NCBI GenBank assembly: GCA_002269645.1
Contig: NIVC01005173.1
Location: forward strand, 1 to 23,851
Direction of reading: 5' to 3'
From: Macrostomum lignano
Taxonomy: Eukaryota
DNA: 23,851 nucleotides
Shown: positions 18,727 to 23,851 of the stretch, in pieces
Position numbering within the stretch: position 1 is the stretch's first letter
Layout of the letters: each line of letters starts with the position of its first letter
The notes under the pieces: generated by a model
The model's input: the letters and a program-made list of their open reading frames with translations, nothing else
Databases searched by the model: none
Told to the model about the DNA's origin: nothing
Position numbers and translations under genes: made by a program

Positions 18727-19243
18727 GAAAGCTGGATCAAAAAAGCTTGAAGCGCCAGCAAAACTCAGCGCGCCCCCAATGTCACGCGTGCGATTCGGCC
18801 CAACCAAATAATATTTATTTGCTTTCATTTGAAAAACAACCCAACTAGAATCCGAGAGATAGGTTTCATCGGTCAAGACGCGAACTTTCATGCAGTAATG
18901 ACAAACTATGAAGATGTCGTAGACAGCCAAATGACTACTACTAGCAGTAGTACGAGCTAAAAGTTTTTAAAATTTTTAAAACTTTAAAAGTAAAAAAAGT
19001 TTTCTCGACCAACCAAATTCAGTTAGCGGTTGAGCTGCACCTGCGGCTAGATACTCGTACATCCCCCGCGTCCATGTGAAGTTTCGGCCTCAAGCCCCAA
19101 ATATTTAACGCACAGAGAGAGCGCGAGAGTCACTCCGACAGAGTTTTGCAGTCGACAGTGACGAATGAACAGTGATGCCATTCACTCATTCGGTATATTT
19201 CGGCGAAGCTGAAGTGAAAACAACAAGAAATCTGTGAGCATAT

Positions 19244-19403
19244 ATGGCTTGTAGAAGCAGCCATGCTTTCTTCACTAAAACTATCTTCAGAATTTTGCCA
19301 ATCAGCTTTGTACTGTCTGCATTGATGACGTCATCCAGACTGAGTTCGCGTGTCGGCGCAGTTCAGGTGCCAACTTTTTCACTGAGTGAGTCTGAATTCA
19401 AAG
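19244..19403 (+). CDS. LDL-receptor-family gene, predicted exon 1 (signal peptide)
   Basis: ATG at 19244 opens MACRSSHAFFTKTIFRILPISFVLSALMTSS...SEFK; donor AAG|GTAAGA at 19404, phase 1, matches exon 2. Confidence 0.65.
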
Positions 19404-19484
19404 GTAAGAGGAGTTGTGTGTAACGTTAATTATCTGATAGTTCCAATGCTTCCAGCTGCAATTTTAATGACCGACCATCCCCAG

Positions 19485-19625
19485 ACTTGCCGCCCTACTG
19501 CAAGCTGAGCACTGGCTTTTTCCCGTGCGTCGATATCGACACCGGCGCGATCACCTGCCTTTCCGTGGCATTGCGCTGCAAAATCCACTGCGCCAACGAT
19601 GCGCTGCTCAACTGTCTGCACTCAC
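19485..19625 (+). CDS. LDL-receptor-family gene, exon 2 (degenerate LDLa module)
   Basis: Acceptor catccccAG, six Cys (C..STGFFPC...C...RC..HC..D...NC), donor C|GTGAGC at 19626; a symmetric phase 1-1 exon as is typical of LDLa modules. Confidence 0.8.
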
Positions 19626-19715
19626 GTGAGCTTTCGAGTAGTTTTCTTTCTTTAACTGAAGGATTCGTCGCTTCTCATCGCTAACTGCTTCACCTTTCTG
19701 GCATCGAATCTACAG

Positions 19716-21558
19716 GGAGGAACTGCTCCGCGGGATTATTCCAGTGCGAGAGTCGCCCCGACCGACCTCCTCAGCAGTCGATCTGTCTGGCCGACCATCT
19801 TCTCTGCGACGGCAGGCTCCACTGCCCACTGGGCGATGACGAATCCCGCAGCTGTGCCAGTATCGGGCGCCTTGTCCACCAGGCCTCTTTGCCTGCCGAT
19901 CGCCTGGCCACTGCTTGCCCGCGACGCGGCGCTGCGACGGCTTCTACGATTGCCGACGGCCGGGTCTGGACGATCGCTCGGATGAGACCGACTGCCCCAC
20001 CGGCGAACCTGTCTCTGCTAACAGCTCGGCCGAATGCTCCAGCCTTGAGCATCTTTGCGACGGTTTCGCTGACTGCGCTGATGGCTCAGACGAGCGAGAC
20101 TGTCCGGACGCCTTCAATGACGATGACAGCAGCATAATTAAGACTGCAAAGCCAACGAAACAGCCTGAGTCGACTACAGTATCTGATCGCAAAAGTACAG
20201 CTGAAGAGCAGCCCAATTCAGCAGCTCGAATTGCTGTGGCCACGATCGACAGAACATCTGGACAACAGTCTCTGTATCTCATTGCCTCACCAAACGGAAA
20301 AAATCTCTCTATTAGCACTAAACGGTCCTCCAATTTTACCGGGACGATGCTAGCCATCGACGAATCCACGGGTCGAGCCTTTCTGTTCGATGAGCGCTTG
20401 GGCCACTTGAGAAGCATCAGTTGGCTCATAGCCTCCGAAAAACTCAGCTTTACCCAGGAGGTCCTGAATGTCAACCTTGGCAACGGACTCGAAATCTTTG
20501 AATCTGCTTATGACTCTACGCGCCGACTTCTGTTCTACACCTCAGCAATCGACGAATCCGTGGGGGTCATTGCGGTCGATGCGGGCTGGCGGGCCACCCT
20601 GCGGTTGCTCGACTGTCCGCGCGGTCTGCTGGTTCATCCGGAGGCCGCCTTTCTATTTTTAGCCCTCTCCTGCGGCCCTTCACCTGGAATTTATCGGCTG
20701 AGCATGGATGGTCGCGAGTTGCGACTGCTGCTGGGTTCCGAGCTGGTTGGGAGGCCGGTCCGCTTTGTCTTCGATTCAATCAGGCGGCCTCATCGCCTCT
20801 ACTGGACCGACGCCGGACGGATGGGGGTTTTCAGCATCCGCCTGGAAGACGGTGGCGACGTGAGGCAGCATTTCGCCTGGCCGGACAGACATCCGGGCAT
20901 TGAAACCGCTCGCCTCGTTGTCGAAGACAGCGGGTTGTACCTGGCGGCGATTGCAGCTGATGCTGTCTGGTCCGTACGCAAGCTTCCAACTTCGTCAGGC
21001 CCCACCGACATTAGTAGCCTCTCTTTTGTCGAATTTCCTGGACTGGTGGTGACAATGTTCGCCGCAGTGTCATTTAACATGACTGAAGAGTCAGACAGAT
21101 CAGCGCCACTGGCCTCGTGCGCGTGCGATCAGATCTGCCTGCCAGTGTGGCACAACAGCAGCGGAGCGGAGTGTCTGTGCGATTGGCGGCATCGGCTGGT
21201 GCAACTGCCAGATTCGCAGCAGACCCGGTGCCAGGCGGGAACTGCAACGGCTGTGGCTGCCACACAAGCACCAACTGCAGAATACACGGTCAAGGAACAA
21301 CAAAGCATTGCAAAAGAAACAATTGTTACACTGGCTCCGACAGAAGACGCTGATGGAGCTTGGACTACTCAAGCAGCAATGGACAAGCAATGGATGCTTC
21401 CAAGCCTGTGCCTAATTTTTGTGCTGATTTTTCCAGCTTCCATCCGTCTGTGCTGTCTTTTCTGGCGCTACAGAAGACAGTCAGTGAAACTGGATGACGG
21501 CAGCGAGCTGGAGGAGCTGAAGAGTGTGCCAACTGACACCACCATTGTTTATGTTTGA
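19716..21558 (+). CDS. LDL-receptor-family gene, exon 3: LDLa x3 (last one partial), YWTD beta-propeller, EGF-like domain, Thr/Ala stalk, TM, short tail; 2-nt frameshift at about 19853-19856 as assembled (713 aa if corrected)
   Basis: Acceptor tctacAG; CDGRLHCPLGDDE, CDGFYDC..DRSDETDC, CDGFADCADGSDERDC, RLYWTD, CACDQIC..C.C..C and a TM. Removing TG from AGCTGTGCCAG gives SCQYRAPCPPGLFAC and makes the summed CDS 2142 nt (714 codons). Confidence 0.9.
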
Positions 21559-23468
21559 ATCGGTGAGTTTAGTTTATAAATTATTCTGGGCGAAAAATTA
21601 CTAGCTCAGCTTTGTGCGAAATTTCTAATTGAATAAGCATTCGTTTGGCGCAGCGATCGAGCTCCCACCAGTGAAGTACCAAGCCGCTTTCTCAACAAGT
21701 GGCTCACCATGTTCTTTCAGAATTGAAAATTAGCATAACACGCAGCACGCACTCTAAACCAGTTAAACCAGTGTGAAACATTAGCTGAAATGACGCAAGC
21801 TAGTCAGTAGCTGGAATAGACAAACTGCTAGCAAAAGAAATGCGCTGGCTGGCAGACCCTCAACACACCCACTCAGATCACCTGACTACTTACGGAGCAA
21901 ACAAACAGATTCAAATACCCACAGAAATGAAGAAATGCTCCAGAGAAGAAAAACACAAATGGGGATGAGTTAAGAGAATTCGCAGAGAAACCGAGGCTGA
22001 AGACAGGCGACGGAATACACAAGACGATGGGCTTAAAAAAGTAATAAAAGGCTGGTGGTACCACAAGGATTGCTTGCCTGGGGCATAAGCTGACAATGAG
22101 GCGGCAGCAAGCTGCGTGAAAGACAGGCTGGCTCTATACTGTAGTCCATAGTCTCGCCCCCATTCCGCAAGCATATGAGATTGGACTAGCTTACTAAAGT
22201 GCCGCTAGGCTCAGCTAGCAAGTAACCTCAGCACACTACATCGTTACCACTTCAGCGTACTGGCTTGATGAGGCCACCTGCAGCAGTCGGACGGCTAACC
22301 ATCCATTGACGTCATTGAAGTACGAGTCTGAAGTAGGCATAGCCATTGTACTACTGCCTCTTCTCTCGCGTTCTCATTGCGGGCCCCAGTTCGGGCAGCT
22401 ATTTTCTCGCGTGATTCGTTGTCGAATACTAAAGAGCTTTTTTTCATCACAAGAACCTCTTCTTAAAGTTCTTTTTTGATGCAGTTGAGCCAATTTGAGA
22501 CCCACCTGTGTGAGCCGGTGCTTTGCAATAGCAAGCGTAAAATCAATGCTCCACGACCTCTGGTTCGATTCAGTGCGCGTTCCCATTCCTGTAGGGCATG
22601 GAAATTGGCCGGGGTTGTCAAGGGAGGCACACACATGAGGGCCAGCCCCAATGCACAGAGTGTGCATGCAATGTCTGACAGTAAGAAGTCAGGGCCTCTG
22701 TACAGCCTGTGTGAGTGTGTGTAGGAGTGTGTGCTGTGTATGCCTGCGCGCAGTATCCGTGCGCTTGCATGTGCTGGATTCCTGCTGATTGTGGTATCCA
22801 CAACCCTTGACTCTCGACGGTGGTTTCAACCTGCGTTGGCTTAAACTTCTCTCTAGATAATGACTTTTACAGCTATAAGTAACGTAACCTTACGACTACC
22901 TTATGAAAATCCTAGCTTTCGCCGAATGGAGTTCGCCATCGCTTCCAAATCATCTCGATTCAGTCATACTTTCACGACATGGTGAATGTCCTACTTGCAC
23001 TCGTCTGTGCAAACCTTGGCGTATATTCGATTTATTTTTGGAATAAATATCAGCATGAATTTCCAGTGCAATCCAGTGAATCAGCAATCATTTTCGCCAT
23101 AGACATTTTTCCTTCATACCCAGTGAGTTTGACGGTTGTCCAAATATCTGTAAACTTCAGTATTCTGTTATTTTTAATCGCTGTGCACTGTAAATAGATT
23201 TTTTTCATTATCATATAGTCTAGCCAACAAGTGAGTCAAAATAATGGAGATTTTACCATAGACAAATGACATCAGGGTGCAAGAATGCAACAACAAAAAC
23301 TTTATATTTTACGAAAAGCAAGCGTAGCAAATAGTTGAACATTTTTTAACGAGCTCTTTGTCTAGTAGTCAGCGCTCTAGTAGTAACTCGAAAACTCAGT
23401 AACTCACTCAGTACTCATCAGTACTCACTGATCACCGAATTTGAAGTTGCAATTGCTGAAACTACCAC

Positions 23469-23741
23469 TCAGATGAATATGTAGCTCCGGTCGAACACTA
23501 TCGGCCGAAAATGCTTGACCGTCAACCTTGACATTTTGGACCCTCCAACATCCGGAATTGATTCCGAGTCTTCACCCTCCACCAAGGGAATCAGATTGAA
23601 CAGTTCTTCCAGAGTAGGTAGGAGCGGCTCATCATCGAACATCGTCCGCTCGATCAACGAATTTCTGTCCATGAGCTCTACATGCTTCTCGATTTCCGCC
23701 GTAGTCAAGCCGGTTATGCAATTGTCAGGGAATTGAGACAC
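23469..23741 (-). other. Coding-like fragment of unknown origin, possibly a non-LTR retrotransposon ORF2 remnant
   Basis: PLLPTLEELFNLI and KHFRPIVF loosely recall the pre-RT PTLEE and YRPISL motifs of LINE ORF2. It has a GTG start with a stop four codons upstream. Confidence 0.25.
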
Positions 23742-23851
23742 ATGAATCGTTTTTCAAATGAAAGCACACTGAGACGAACAAATATCGCGCTGTAGTGGAG
23801 AGAAAGATATTCCTTGCCTCCCTCAACCCTGTTCTTTGCAAATTGCCATAG

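Noticed and set aside
17616-18930. 381- and 416-aa (LSSYQAIK)n ORFs
   Set aside because: The minus strand of the 8-mer has no stop triplet in any frame; artefact.
21890-22050. LINE endonuclease remnant (KNTNGDELREFAEK)
   Set aside because: A single loose motif with nearby stops is insufficient.
22374-23197. Short ORFs on both strands and a TG-rich patch
   Set aside because: No recognisable domain or exon structure.

Overview
Eukaryotic (animal-like) genomic DNA with GT-AG introns, about a third of it tandem repeat. The style (short GC-rich exons, CAG/CCG runs, large minisatellites) resembles flatworms such as Macrostomum, but the organism cannot be verified from sequence. Host genes: (i) an unidentified terminal exon (535-819, +); (ii) three small type-I membrane protein genes of Shisa/CYYR1/WBP1-like architecture on the minus strand (4725-5197; 10330-13052 in two exons; 16395-16994), plus an internally deleted relic duplicate of the second (7291-7610); (iii) a two-exon LITAF-domain gene (5984-6630, +); (iv) a three-exon LDL-receptor-family gene (19244-21558, +) with a 2-nt frameshift as assembled. 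Mobile DNA: a Crypton-like tyrosine recombinase fragment, an IS630/Tc1/mariner transposase pseudogene, a 516-bp foldback MITE, a 235-bp and a 94-bp MITE-like element, and a Gypsy-type integrase fragment. Six tandem arrays have units of 25, 28-33, 30, 17, 19/21 and 8 bp. No rRNA, tRNA or CRISPR array is supported. Most long ORFs in the supplied track are repeat or antisense artefacts. All family assignments come from manual motif reading; no searches were run.
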